Source: Aerococcus sp. (GTDB lineage Bacteria; Bacillota; Bacilli; Lactobacillales; Aerococcaceae). Taken from it: a stretch of 64,000 nt of DNA. The DNA lies in the NCBI GenBank assembly GCA_030528285.1, contig JAUMZE010000007.1, positions 19,316 through 83,315 of the forward strand, given 5' to 3'. The notes under the pieces were generated by a model. It had not been told where the DNA came from. It saw nothing but the letters and a program-made list of their open reading frames with translations, and did no database searches. Of this stretch, positions 51,766-60,837 are shown piece by piece. Within the stretch, counting starts at the first letter, position 1. The number at the start of each line of letters is the position of its first letter. The position numbers were made by a program, and so were the translations under genes.

Positions 51766-52950
51766 ATGCATATGGCAAGAGAGGTTGTCGTTGTAGCGGC
51801 ATATCGCAGTGCCATTGGAAAATTTATGGGAGGCCTCAGCTCATTGAGTGCCGTTGAGATGGGGAGTCAACTCCTCTCACAACTTCTCGAGACAATCAAT
51901 CTCTCGAAAGACACAGTCGATCACGTTATCATCGGGAATGTCCTGTCAGGCGGGGCGGGGCAGAATATCGCCCGTCAGATCGCCCTCACTGCAGGACTTT
52001 CAGAAACCACCACGGCAGAAACGTTGAATCAAGTCTGTGGTTCTGGTATGTTGGCGCTCATCCATGCGGCCCAGATGATTCAACTGGGTGATTGTGAGGT
52101 AGTTGTTGCAGGTGGCGTAGAGAGTATGTCCAATGCTCCCTATGTCCTCAGCCGCCAGCAACGCAAACTGGGGAATCTGAATTTGATGGATACCCTCTTG
52201 AGAGATGGATTGACCGATGCCTTGTCTGGGGAACATATGGGATTGACAGCTGAATACATCGCTGAACAATACCACCTCACGCGCGAGGATCAGGACGCTT
52301 TTGCCTTGGAGAGTCAGCGGCGCGCACAGCAGGCCATGACGATCGGTCGTTTTGATGACGAGATTCTCCCGCTCACAGTCACGGACCGCAGCCACCAGAC
52401 CCGATCAATCACCCAGGACGAATTTCCGCGGTTCAATTCGACAATGGAGGGGCTCGCCCGTCTCAAGCCAGCGTTCAAGATGAATGGCACGGTGACAGCA
52501 GGGAACAGCTCCGGCATTAACGACGGAGCCGCTCTCCTCCTCATGATGACTCGAGAAAAAGCTGAAGCTCAGAACCTCCCTGTGCTCGCCACTGTGAAGA
52601 GTTACGCCAGCGCCGGGGTGAGTCCGGACGTGATGGGGTTGGGACCGATCCCTGCCAGCCAAAAAGCTCTCAGTAAGGCTAATCTCACAGTGGATGATCT
52701 CGATCTGATCGAAGGAAACGAGGCCTTCGCTGCACAGTCCCTCGCCGTGATCCAGGAATTACAGCTTCCACTCGATAAAACCAATGTAAACGGCGGTGCC
52801 ATCGCTCTCGGACATCCGATCGGGGCGAGTGGTGCACGTATCGTTGTTACCCTCGTTCACGAAATGCTGAAGCGTCAGTCCCGTTATGGTTTAGCTACCC
52901 TCTGCATCGGCGGTGGTCAGGGCGATGCATTGGTGCTTGAACGAGGATAG
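51766..52950 (+). CDS. Acetyl-CoA C-acetyltransferase (thiolase)
   Basis: NQVCGSG, NEAFAAQ, GHPIGASG, LCIGGGQG. Confidence 0.96.
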   Translation: MHMAREVVVVAAYRSAIGKFMGGLSSLSAVEMGSQLLSQLLETINLSKDTVDHVIIGNVLSGGAGQNIARQIALTAGLSETTTAETLNQVCGSGMLALIHAAQMIQLGDCEVVVAGGVESMSNAPYVLSRQQRKLGNLNLMDTLLRDGLTDALSGEHMGLTAEYIAEQYHLTREDQDAFALESQRRAQQAMTIGRFDDEILPLTVTDRSHQTRSITQDEFPRFNSTMEGLARLKPAFKMNGTVTAGNSSGINDGAALLLMMTREKAEAQNLPVLATVKSYASAGVSPDVMGLGPIPASQKALSKANLTVDDLDLIEGNEAFAAQSLAVIQELQLPLDKTNVNGGAIALGHPIGASGARIVVTLVHEMLKRQSRYGLATLCIGGGQGDALVLERG

Positions 52951-53049
52951 GTATTAGACTAATGATTGATTAAAAATGAGATAAGCCGCCCCCCAAAAGA
53001 TTTCACTCTTAGGGGATCGGCTTATTCGTGTGTCTTAAAGAGATTAGAT

Positions 53050-53805
53050 CTAGCCGTCCATTACGATTCCGCCATCCACATCACCAATCTCACCGGTAAT
53101 GAAGCTGGCTTGTTCACTCGCAAAGAAGAGAATCATTTGTGCAGGTTCTTCCGGTTTAGCTCCGCGATTAAACACTGAGAGCGCTTTGATGCGGGCTTCG
53201 TTCTCCGGATTTTCACGGACGGCCACTGTCATGGCTGTCTCTGTGTAGGATGGGCAGACCGCATTGCAGGCGATATGGTACGGGCCTCCTGCTTTTGCGA
53301 CAGCTTTGGTGAGGGCATTTACGCCACCCTTCGCTGCAGCATAGGCAGCCGTGCCCAGCAGACCGCCACCTAATTTACCTGCGACAGAGGACACATTCAC
53401 GATTCGACCACCACCGTTCGATTTGAAATGGTTGAAGATCTCCTGGTTCACGAGGTAGGTGCCGGTCAGATTGATCTGGATAATTCGCGCCCATTCCTCA
53501 TCACTAATCTCTTCGAACGGAACAGCGCTGATCATCCCCGCACTGTTCACGAGCGCATCGATCGGCCCCTGTTCCTCGATCACCTGCTGCATCACTTGGC
53601 GAGTCTGGTTGTTATCCATCAGATCCAGATGGTAAGCTGCATTATGATCTCCTAGCTCCTTCGCAACGGCTTCTGCACGTTCGAGATTGCGGTTCATAAT
53701 CACCACGCGCCCGCCACCATCAACGACACCGCGCGCGACCTCATAGCCAATGCCCCCCGTTCCGCCTGTCACAATCACTGTCTTATCCTTGAAATCAAAA
53801 CTCAT
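53050..53805 (-). CDS. Short-chain dehydrogenase/reductase
   Basis: TGGTGGIG, VNSAG, YAAAK. Confidence 0.93.
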   Translation of the reverse strand: MSFDFKDKTVIVTGGTGGIGYEVARGVVDGGGRVVIMNRNLERAEAVAKELGDHNAAYHLDLMDNNQTRQVMQQVIEEQGPIDALVNSAGMISAVPFEEISDEEWARIIQINLTGTYLVNQEIFNHFKSNGGGRIVNVSSVAGKLGGGLLGTAAYAAAKGGVNALTKAVAKAGGPYHIACNAVCPSYTETAMTVAVRENPENEARIKALSVFNRGAKPEEPAQMILFFASEQASFITGEIGDVDGGIVMDG

Positions 53806-53898
53806 GGGAATGCCTCCTCTGCTCGTTCAAATGCAATTAGCTATTCTCATTATAGAAATAAATGAATCCAGGTACCAACTATAATCATTCAAAATGGA

Positions 53899-53961
53899 TT
53901 CACGCACACAAAATAAGTTTTCAGGGACAGGATATTGATATCAATGAAAGCGGTTTATAGT
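53899..53961 (+). promoter_or_regulatory. LytTR-box promoter of the immunity-bacteriocin unit, with cre-like site
   Basis: TTCACG-N15-TTCAGG (21-bp period), 30 nt to TATAGT; TGAAAGCGGTTTAT overlaps the -10. Confidence 0.7.
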
Positions 53962-54096
53962 ATAAGTAACAACAGAAGAATATGTACTAAACTAACGGAG
54001 ATCCTCGTAACTTTTATGTTTGAGTTAACACAAAGCAACATTGATTTTGGGTATAAAGAAACTGATGGATTGAATGGTTACTTGGAGGTGGCCCTC

Positions 54097-54267
54097 ATGA
54101 CAAAGAAACAATACATAAGAAACATGTTGATAGCGCTCGTAGTACTGATAGTTATTGGTGGAGTTCTTTATTACTGTGATGTTTTGGAGGGACCCTACTA
54201 TGTTGTAGGTGCCATTATGGGTGCTTTGCTATCGCTCTATAGTTATTTCCAGAAACGGAAAGCATAG
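54097..54267 (+). CDS. Small two-TM protein, putative bacteriocin immunity
   Basis: 56 aa after GGAGG RBS; two hydrophobic helices and basic ends; directly upstream of the bacteriocin. Confidence 0.6.
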   Translation: MTKKQYIRNMLIALVVLIVIGGVLYYCDVLEGPYYVVGAIMGALLSLYSYFQKRKA

Positions 54268-54410
54268 GAGAATAAGACGGATATTATAAAAGACCTTTGT
54301 GGAACTAACAAAGTGATTAAGAAGGACAAATTTACCATCTATCATCACTGCTAGGAACGTCTTATAATTTTTTTGTTATATTAAATCTAGAGAATTAGGA
54401 GGTAATAATT

Positions 54411-54659
54411 ATGGAATCTGTAGCTATTCAATTTCTAAGTGAAAAAGAATTGAAAGAAACAATGGGTGGTGGTTGTTCCTGGGGTGGAGCATTAAATTCT
54501 GCTGCTGGTGGTGCAGTAGGCGGCGCAGTAACTGGTGCGGTAGGTGGCACAGTCACATTACCCGGTGTAGGATCTGTGGCTGGTTGGCTCGGCGGTGGAA
54601 TATTGGGAGGAGTCGGCAATGCTGCCGCATACGGTGCGACGTGCTGGTGGAATAATTAA
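54411..54659 (+). CDS. Class II double-glycine bacteriocin precursor (Blp-family-like)
   Basis: Leader LSEKELKETMGG; mature GCSWGG...YGATCWWNN, Gly/Ala-rich with GxxxG motifs and terminal cysteines, as in BlpK/BlpU-type peptides. Confidence 0.9.
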   Translation: MESVAIQFLSEKELKETMGGGCSWGGALNSAAGGAVGGAVTGAVGGTVTLPGVGSVAGWLGGGILGGVGNAAAYGATCWWNN

Positions 54660-54737
54660 AGTGAACTTTTTATTTTCCTAGCAGTTTTTGTGGTTGTTAG
54701 TGTTCTAGTGAATTGATATCAGTGATACTGAATCTAA

Positions 54738-54774
54738 AAATACCGATCTCACAACAAAAATGAGATCGGTATTT
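54738..54774. terminator. Bidirectional terminator
   Basis: AAATACCGATCTCA/TGAGATCGGTATTT perfect 14-bp stem between convergent genes. Confidence 0.8.
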
Positions 54775-54780
54775 CATTGG

Positions 54781-54981
54781 TTAATACATCCTAAAGATGA
54801 GTGGAATAGAGACAATGAGAAGTGCAATCCCAAACAACAATCCACTCCACAGAGACATCATGATAAATGGTGATGTGCTTTTATTACCATGTTCTTTGAC
54901 ATACACATAGTTGCGACGTACCGCATAAAATTGATAACAAGCTAAGAGTATAGCGCCAAAGCCCGCAAGTGTTTCTAACAT
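54781..54981 (-). CDS. Small two-TM protein, putative immunity protein
   Basis: 66 aa, AAGGAGG RBS, own LytTR-box promoter. Confidence 0.65.
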   Translation of the reverse strand: MLETLAGFGAILLACYQFYAVRRNYVYVKEHGNKSTSPFIMMSLWSGLLFGIALLIVSIPLIFRMY

Positions 54982-55034
54982 GATCTTTCCCCTCCTTAGA
55001 TCAGAAAGTCACTTCATAAAAATTATCTATGACT

Positions 55035-55097
55035 ATAATAAACCGTTTACATTCACATACTTGCTGAGTGCCTGAACGATCATTTTTTGTTCCTGAA
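55035..55097 (-). promoter_or_regulatory. LytTR-box promoter with cre-like site
   Basis: TTCAGG-N15-TTCAGG, 30 nt to TATTAT; TGTAAACGGTTTAT overlaps the -10. Confidence 0.75.
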
Positions 55098-55099
55098 CG

Positions 55100-55870
55100 T
55101 CACTCACGCACATCTACGTCATTCTCGTTTCGTGCTGCTAGGCGCTTTCTCAGTTCTTTCATGTGCGAATGCGTAATATCACAGCGACTATGATCCAGGA
55201 AAACAACCTCACGTGTCTTTGTATCTACACTGAGCACGTTATTGACATTGACGAGGGTTGAACGACTAACACTCTGGAAATAATGATGAGTATCAAACGC
55301 CATAATGTCATTGAGAGCGCCGTAGAATTCCTTTCGATAGTTAGGTCCATAGAGCACGAGGCGGTGGGAATCTCCCGTTGTTTCGATATAGAGGATATCT
55401 GAATAAGGAATATGGATGCTGTGACGTCCCCCATAGGAATAATCGAAAATCTCCTGCTGCAAGGCATGGCGCTCATCGTCCATCACGTGCTGGACACAAT
55501 CGGCTAACTGCTTCTTAAACTGCTCATCGCTACTATCCTTAACGATGAAATCCAACGCAGCGACATGTTGCTTGAATGCGAGAGGCATGGATTCCGATAA
55601 TGTGGTCACAAACGCAATCGCGCCGTATGGATTATAGTCCCTAATCTCCTTGGCCCACTGAAACCCCATATCCTTATTCCCTTCAATCTCCAAATCGATG
55701 AAGTAGAGATCATGAGGTTTGTGATCAGATAGCTGCTGCTCGTAATCTGCACGACTCATAATGGACAGAAGGTGAAATTGTGTGTACCATTCCTTCGCCA
55801 GAGACATCAGCATCCCTTCAATGCGTCCGAGATGATTGGGATTATCCTCTATGATGACGATATCAAGCAT
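55100..55870 (-). CDS. LytTR-family response regulator (BlpR/ComE/AgrA-like)
   Basis: IIEDN, YFIDLEI, ALDFIVK receiver domain; ILYIET...HRL...SRSTLVN LytTR domain. Confidence 0.93.
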   Translation of the reverse strand: MLDIVIIEDNPNHLGRIEGMLMSLAKEWYTQFHLLSIMSRADYEQQLSDHKPHDLYFIDLEIEGNKDMGFQWAKEIRDYNPYGAIAFVTTLSESMPLAFKQHVAALDFIVKDSSDEQFKKQLADCVQHVMDDERHALQQEIFDYSYGGRHSIHIPYSDILYIETTGDSHRLVLYGPNYRKEFYGALNDIMAFDTHHYFQSVSRSTLVNVNNVLSVDTKTREVVFLDHSRCDITHSHMKELRKRLAARNENDVDVRE

Positions 55871-57186
55871 TATGAAGCTCCTCTCTCCTCAAAAATCAAG
55901 GACTGCGTAAAAGTATCGGTATCAATCCTGGTTTCGATTTCCACATTATCAAATTGATGAATGATCTCTAATACCATTGCAAGTCCAATCCCGCGCTGTT
56001 CTCCCTTGGTAGAATATCCTTTCTCCCAGATCTTGCGTGCATCGATTGGACCTGGCTGCCTTGTGTTTTGAACGGTAAATGTGACGGTACTTCCCTCATG
56101 TGTAAGGGCCACGGTGATGACGGGATGATCGGTGGCACTCGCTCCTTCGATCGCATTATCGAGCAGAATCGAGAGGAGACGAATGACCTCTAACATGGGC
56201 GTGTCGACCTTAGGAATAAGCTGTCTTGCCTCCAGATGAAACTCAATCTGTTCCGCCTGTGCCTGGATCATTTTCTGAGCGAGCACATTACGAAAGGCGA
56301 TGTCCTCAATATTTTTCAGGTTGAACGCGGTGTAATCGGCCTTAGACAACTTCTGATTCATTGGGAGAAATGCCTCATGGAAGAGCTTATCGACAGTCGA
56401 CATGTCTTGATGATCAATCGCGGGGGCGAGACTACTGATAATCCCTGCAAAATCGTGGCGAAATCCACGAATCTCATCATAGAGAGTCCCTAGTTTGGTT
56501 ACGAGCTGATTGAGATTGTGGTTTTCTTGTTCCTTCTGCTCAATCTGCTGTTCGTATGTCCAAGATAGTTGCCGTTCATGGATATGAGAAGTGGTTAATA
56601 AATAACCAATAAAAATAAATAAAGATATAGCAGTATCAAAGTTAGTTATAAAGGTATTGTTTTCGACAATTAGTACTGTGGTAGATATTCGCATAGCACT
56701 TAATATCAAAAAAACTGTATTACTATAAGATAATAAAGTTAGGAAATATAAGTTGCCTATTATTTTTGGGCTGATGTATATATACTTCATAAATAAGCTA
56801 ACGATATATGCTGATATTAGAGATAGTGCTAATCCTATAGATTCGGCATAAAATAATGATAAGCGTTGGGTAGAAAATATTCGATAGAATGTGCTTGAAA
56901 AGAATCCAAAAATAGATGAATAACTAATAAAAAGATAGAGAGAATAAAAAAGAGCAACATCTTTTCTCATTTTTACCTTATAAAAAAAGATTAAGTAATA
57001 AAACAATGAAACGCCTATCCAACTTAATGCTATATGGATATGCGCCACGAAAATATGAAGCAGCAATAAACAGGCCCAGTAGCGTTTTTTTAAAAAGATC
57101 TTGTCAATATGACTAGCAATAAATATTCTTGGAAATATAAAAGAGAGTAGGGCAAACACCACTCCTAAAAAATCTATGTTTACCAT
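55870..57186 (-). CDS. Peptide-sensing histidine kinase (BlpH/ComD/AgrC-like)
   Basis: Polytopic N-terminus; IRGFRHDF, ILLDNAIE, GYSTKG..RGIGL. Confidence 0.93.
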   Translation of the reverse strand: MVNIDFLGVVFALLSFIFPRIFIASHIDKIFLKKRYWACLLLLHIFVAHIHIALSWIGVSLFYYLIFFYKVKMRKDVALFYSLYLFISYSSIFGFFSSTFYRIFSTQRLSLFYAESIGLALSLISAYIVSLFMKYIYISPKIIGNLYFLTLLSYSNTVFLILSAMRISTTVLIVENNTFITNFDTAISLFIFIGYLLTTSHIHERQLSWTYEQQIEQKEQENHNLNQLVTKLGTLYDEIRGFRHDFAGIISSLAPAIDHQDMSTVDKLFHEAFLPMNQKLSKADYTAFNLKNIEDIAFRNVLAQKMIQAQAEQIEFHLEARQLIPKVDTPMLEVIRLLSILLDNAIEGASATDHPVITVALTHEGSTVTFTVQNTRQPGPIDARKIWEKGYSTKGEQRGIGLAMVLEIIHQFDNVEIETRIDTDTFTQSLIFEERGAS

Positions 57187-57356
57187 ATTTTGTGATTATC
57201 TTTTCTTGTAGTGCATAAGGTTGACCATTTACAAAGTTTGACTAAAAGACTTTGTGATGCTGTCCCGCCTACAATCTTTTTAAGTAACTGATCATTGATT
57301 GGAGTAGTATGAGCAATAGTAACGCCCTTAGAATTTTTATTTTTTGTAATAAACAT
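57180..57356 (-). CDS. Double-glycine peptide pheromone precursor (not in ORF track)
   Basis: Hand translation MFITKNKNSKGVTIAHTTPINDQLLKKIVGG|TASQSLLVKLCKWSTLCTTRKDNHKIW; AGGAG RBS; stop overlaps the kinase start. Confidence 0.85.
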   Translation of the reverse strand: MFITKNKNSKGVTIAHTTPINDQLLKKIVGGTASQSLLVKLCKWSTLCTTRKDNHKIW

Positions 57357-57405
57357 AGTAATTGACTCCTTTTCTCCTATTATAAAGCGTGAAGCGACTA
57401 TAAAA

Positions 57406-59562
57406 CTACGTGCGAATTAAATTGGCGTAAAGGCCTCCTTTCTTGAGAAGTGATGCATGGGTTCCCTCTTCTACGATTCTTCCTTTAGACATCACAACGA
57501 CACGGTCTGCTCGTTCAGCAACGGTGAGACGATGAGCAATGAAGATAATGGTCTTGTCCAAGGCAAGCAGGCGATTGATGATAACTTTTTCAGTGAGAAG
57601 GTCGAGACTGCTGGTTGCCTCATCTAGAATGAGAATAGGAGATTGGGTGAGTAATGCTCGCGCAAGTGCGAGACGTTGTCGCTGCCCACCGGAGATTTCC
57701 GTTCCGTCTGAGGTGAGTTCTGTGTCTAATTGCATTGGCAGATGCATCACGTCATCGTATAGCTCCACTAACTGTAATATATCTGATATATCTTGTTCAG
57801 TGGTAGTTGGTTTGGCACCAAGCAAGAGATTTTCCCTGATCGTTCCATTGAAAATATAAGGTTGTTGCGGGAGATAGGTAATGAACTGGCGCAGAGTATG
57901 TTTATCAATGGCTGATAGTGGCATCTGGTCCAGCTTAATCGTTCCGTCAGTGGGAGTATAGAAATTCACGAGTAGCTTTGCGAGCGTCGTTTTACCTGAT
58001 CCAGATAAACCAACAATCGCCAGTTTCGTCCCCTTAGGAATCTGGAGGTTAATCTGATTTAACACATTCGTTTCGTAGCCGTATGCAAAATCGACCGCAT
58101 GCATCGTTAATTCATGATGCCAAGGAATGTGGTGCAGTAGATGTTGATCTGTCGCGAATTCTGAGTCGATCTGTTGTACCTCGTTTAGCCGTTCATTGGC
58201 GACATTTGCGCGCTGCAGTTTCGTCTGCAGATTGACGATGTTTTCGAGCGGTTGAGTGAAGTAGACCAACAACGTATTGAACGTGATTAATTGTCCTAGA
58301 GTCATTTGCCCGCTAACAACGAACTGTGCACCGAACCAGAGAATCAAGACGTTCAGTGCCAGATGCATGAACGCTTTCAGTGCGGTTTGGAAATTTTCAC
58401 TGCGACCGTATCTGAAAGCTTGCGTCAAATGATCGTGAAATTCTTGGTCAATCCTTTCATAACGAGTATCTTCACTGGAAAGGGCTTTTATTGTTTCAAT
58501 GCCGCTGAGGTCGTCAATAATGGATGATGATAATTTAGCATTTGTTTCCATAACAGCATGATTAAGGCGCTGGAAGGGACGCATAAACGCGAAAACGATG
58601 ATGGCGTAGATCGGTAGGGATGCGATACTGATCAAAAATAGGAGTGGATGCTGCCAGCAGAGGACAACCGCCATGATACTTGCTACGGATACATCGAGAA
58701 ACACGGAGAGGACTGTACTGGCGAGTGCCTCAATAATTGCATTCGCATCGGTGAAACGAGAAACAATCTCGCCTGTCCGCCTGGTTTGGAAGAATGCAAG
58801 TGGCAGACGAAAGAGGTGCTCAATATACGATAAGATAATATCCACTGATAAATGTTGTCCGAGAAGAAGGAGTCCCTGTGATTGCAAATAAGTGATAAGT
58901 TGTTGCAGAGTATAACTGATAAACAACGCAAGAGACACAACGCCCAGCGTATTGAGAGCATGTTGAGGAATCCAAAGATCGATCATTAATTGAAGATAAT
59001 AGGCTCCGATAATGTCAATTACCGTCATACCAAGTGTTGCCAGGGCAATCCCAGTAATTAAGGGTTTCTGTTTCATGAGGAGAGGGAGGAAAGACCACAA
59101 TCCTCGTGTTTTCTCACGGTATGGTTGGTAGTCCGCATCTGGCTCAAATAACAGCGCAATCCCTGTCCATTCTTGTTCGAAGCGTTGCCATGGAAGACGA
59201 GTGATTTTGACGGCAGGGTCAGGATCAGCAATATGAACGGTCTCATCGTCACATCCGATGATTGTATAGTAGTGAAGCCGCGTGCCATCCTTAATGACGT
59301 GTGCAATAAACGGATAAGGCGCATCTGATTGAAAGAGTGTTATATCTGTTTTAATTGCTTGGGTATTAAGATGGAGAGCGTTTGCATCTGTCACTAGACC
59401 AAATGCAGTTGTGCCATCTTGAGTTGTTTTAGCAAGATTTCTAAGCGTGAGGAGGGAGTAGTGAGAGCCGTAGTATTCTAATACCATCGCGAGACAGGCC
59501 ACACCACAGTCTTTGTCATCTACTTGTGCTCGATAGTAAGGTTTCTTGAACGGCTTCATCAT
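57406..59562 (-). CDS. Peptidase-containing ABC transporter (ComA/BlpA-like)
   Basis: C39 domain QVDDKDCGVACL and HY...DPD; TM domain; GLSGSGKT, ISGGQRQR, LDEATS. Confidence 0.96.
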   Translation of the reverse strand: MMKPFKKPYYRAQVDDKDCGVACLAMVLEYYGSHYSLLTLRNLAKTTQDGTTAFGLVTDANALHLNTQAIKTDITLFQSDAPYPFIAHVIKDGTRLHYYTIIGCDDETVHIADPDPAVKITRLPWQRFEQEWTGIALLFEPDADYQPYREKTRGLWSFLPLLMKQKPLITGIALATLGMTVIDIIGAYYLQLMIDLWIPQHALNTLGVVSLALFISYTLQQLITYLQSQGLLLLGQHLSVDIILSYIEHLFRLPLAFFQTRRTGEIVSRFTDANAIIEALASTVLSVFLDVSVASIMAVVLCWQHPLLFLISIASLPIYAIIVFAFMRPFQRLNHAVMETNAKLSSSIIDDLSGIETIKALSSEDTRYERIDQEFHDHLTQAFRYGRSENFQTALKAFMHLALNVLILWFGAQFVVSGQMTLGQLITFNTLLVYFTQPLENIVNLQTKLQRANVANERLNEVQQIDSEFATDQHLLHHIPWHHELTMHAVDFAYGYETNVLNQINLQIPKGTKLAIVGLSGSGKTTLAKLLVNFYTPTDGTIKLDQMPLSAIDKHTLRQFITYLPQQPYIFNGTIRENLLLGAKPTTTEQDISDILQLVELYDDVMHLPMQLDTELTSDGTEISGGQRQRLALARALLTQSPILILDEATSSLDLLTEKVIINRLLALDKTIIFIAHRLTVAERADRVVVMSKGRIVEEGTHASLLKKGGLYANLIRT

Positions 59563-59638
59563 TTTCCACTTCCTTACTTGTATCTGTTAATAGCGAAAGC
59601 CAACTGACGCGTATGAATCAGTTGGCTTCCATTCGTTA

Positions 59639-59944
59639 TTACCACTGGAGACCCGCGCCCCCCAGATCATTGCCGACTTGTTGCATATCATAAAGTTCCT
59701 GCCACAGCTGTTGTTCCTCCGTGTTGAATGTCACATCAGAGGAAGATTTAACGAGTTTTCCGTGGTTGAGGAAATAGCGAAATCCTTCTGTGAATGCAAC
59801 GCCCGATTTCTGATCTAGATCACTCGCCGTTTCATTGAGGAAGCGCGCAATCTCTGTTTGAGCGTGATGTTCGCTCGCCAAATTAGATAGCGCTTTCATT
59901 TTATCCAATACCATTGCTTGTTCTTCTGCTTGCATCGTCACCAC
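59639..59944 (-). CDS. Soluble helical bacteriocin immunity protein (enterocin A immunity-like)
   Basis: About 100 aa, helical; F..EEQQLWQEL motif and G-rich C-terminus; first gene of the transporter operon. Confidence 0.6.
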   Translation of the reverse strand: MVTMQAEEQAMVLDKMKALSNLASEHHAQTEIARFLNETASDLDQKSGVAFTEGFRYFLNHGKLVKSSSDVTFNTEEQQLWQELYDMQQVGNDLGGAGLQW

Positions 59945-60052
59945 TATCCTTTACGTACTACTAATATTATCGATAAATCTAGTATAGACGATTTTGGGTC
60001 AGAGGATGATTAAATCCCCGAAAAATATATAAAGTTTTTTATAGCTACTCTT

Positions 60053-60116
60053 AATATAATCTGTTAGCTATCGAGTATGAGAAGGTGTGCCTGAATGGGC
60101 ATTTTTTGTCCCCCAA
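60053..60116 (-). promoter_or_regulatory. LytTR-box promoter of the immunity-transporter-pheromone-HK-RR operon
   Basis: TTGGGG-GACAAAAAATGCCCA-TTCAGG, 31 nt to TATATT. Confidence 0.7.
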
Positions 60117-60172
60117 ACCTCCCCACAACAAAATAATTGCTTATGATCAGTAAGGATGATAAGAATAACCAT

Positions 60173-60195
60173 ATTTGTTGCGTGCGCAAACAAAT
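60173..60195. promoter_or_regulatory. Palindromic operator, probable MarR site
   Basis: ATTTGTTGCGTGCGCAAACAAAT; a related copy lies at 60768-60790. Confidence 0.6.
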
Positions 60196-60334
60196 AAAGA
60201 TAGAAAAAGGAGGGATATTCCCGGAAATAGTAAAACCGTGATCAATCAGTGGTCTTGGCTGATGGATCTGGATGGGGTAAACTATGGGGGAACATACTCA
60301 GTAGACTGTTGCTTATTTGAGAGGGAGTATCACG

Positions 60335-60724
60335 ATGGCGTTACTGGAGAAATGGACCGCTTATAATCAAAAACAAATTGAGATTAAGGGGACAATTGAA
60401 CAGGTACTCGCGGATCTTCCTAGTAGTGAACTGTCGTTGAATGAGTTCTATCTGCTCTACTACCTGAACCAGTCGCCCAGGAAGAAGTTGAATCAGTTCG
60501 AATTACCAGAGCGTCTCCATCTGAGTGCGAGTGCGGTGTCACGGATGATCAGCCGTTTAGAAGCGAAGAACTGTGGTGTGATCGCAAAACAACTCTGCGA
60601 TGAGGATAAGCGTTCGACCTTTATTCGCATTACCGATCATGGCCAACAGATAATCGCTGAAGCCATCAAAGCCGTTGAAGCCGCTCTCACATCCTACCAG
60701 CAGGAACTCAGTCGCATTAAATAG
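60335..60724 (+). CDS. MarR-family regulator
   Basis: LSLNEFYLLYYL, LSASAVSRMISRLE, DKRS.FI.IT..G. Confidence 0.92.
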   Translation: MALLEKWTAYNQKQIEIKGTIEQVLADLPSSELSLNEFYLLYYLNQSPRKKLNQFELPERLHLSASAVSRMISRLEAKNCGVIAKQLCDEDKRSTFIRITDHGQQIIAEAIKAVEAALTSYQQELSRIK

Positions 60725-60837
60725 TCACTAGTTTTCAGCCAAACAGTCAATCAGTGTGGTTGGAGTAAATATGTGCGTGTGCAAACAAATAAAAATTGAC
60801 AACAAACTGGAGTCATAAATAGAAAGAGGTCATAATA

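Noticed and set aside
53935-54096. N-terminal extension of the 110-aa ORF
   Set aside because: It overlaps the predicted promoter; the GGAGG RBS supports a start at 54097.
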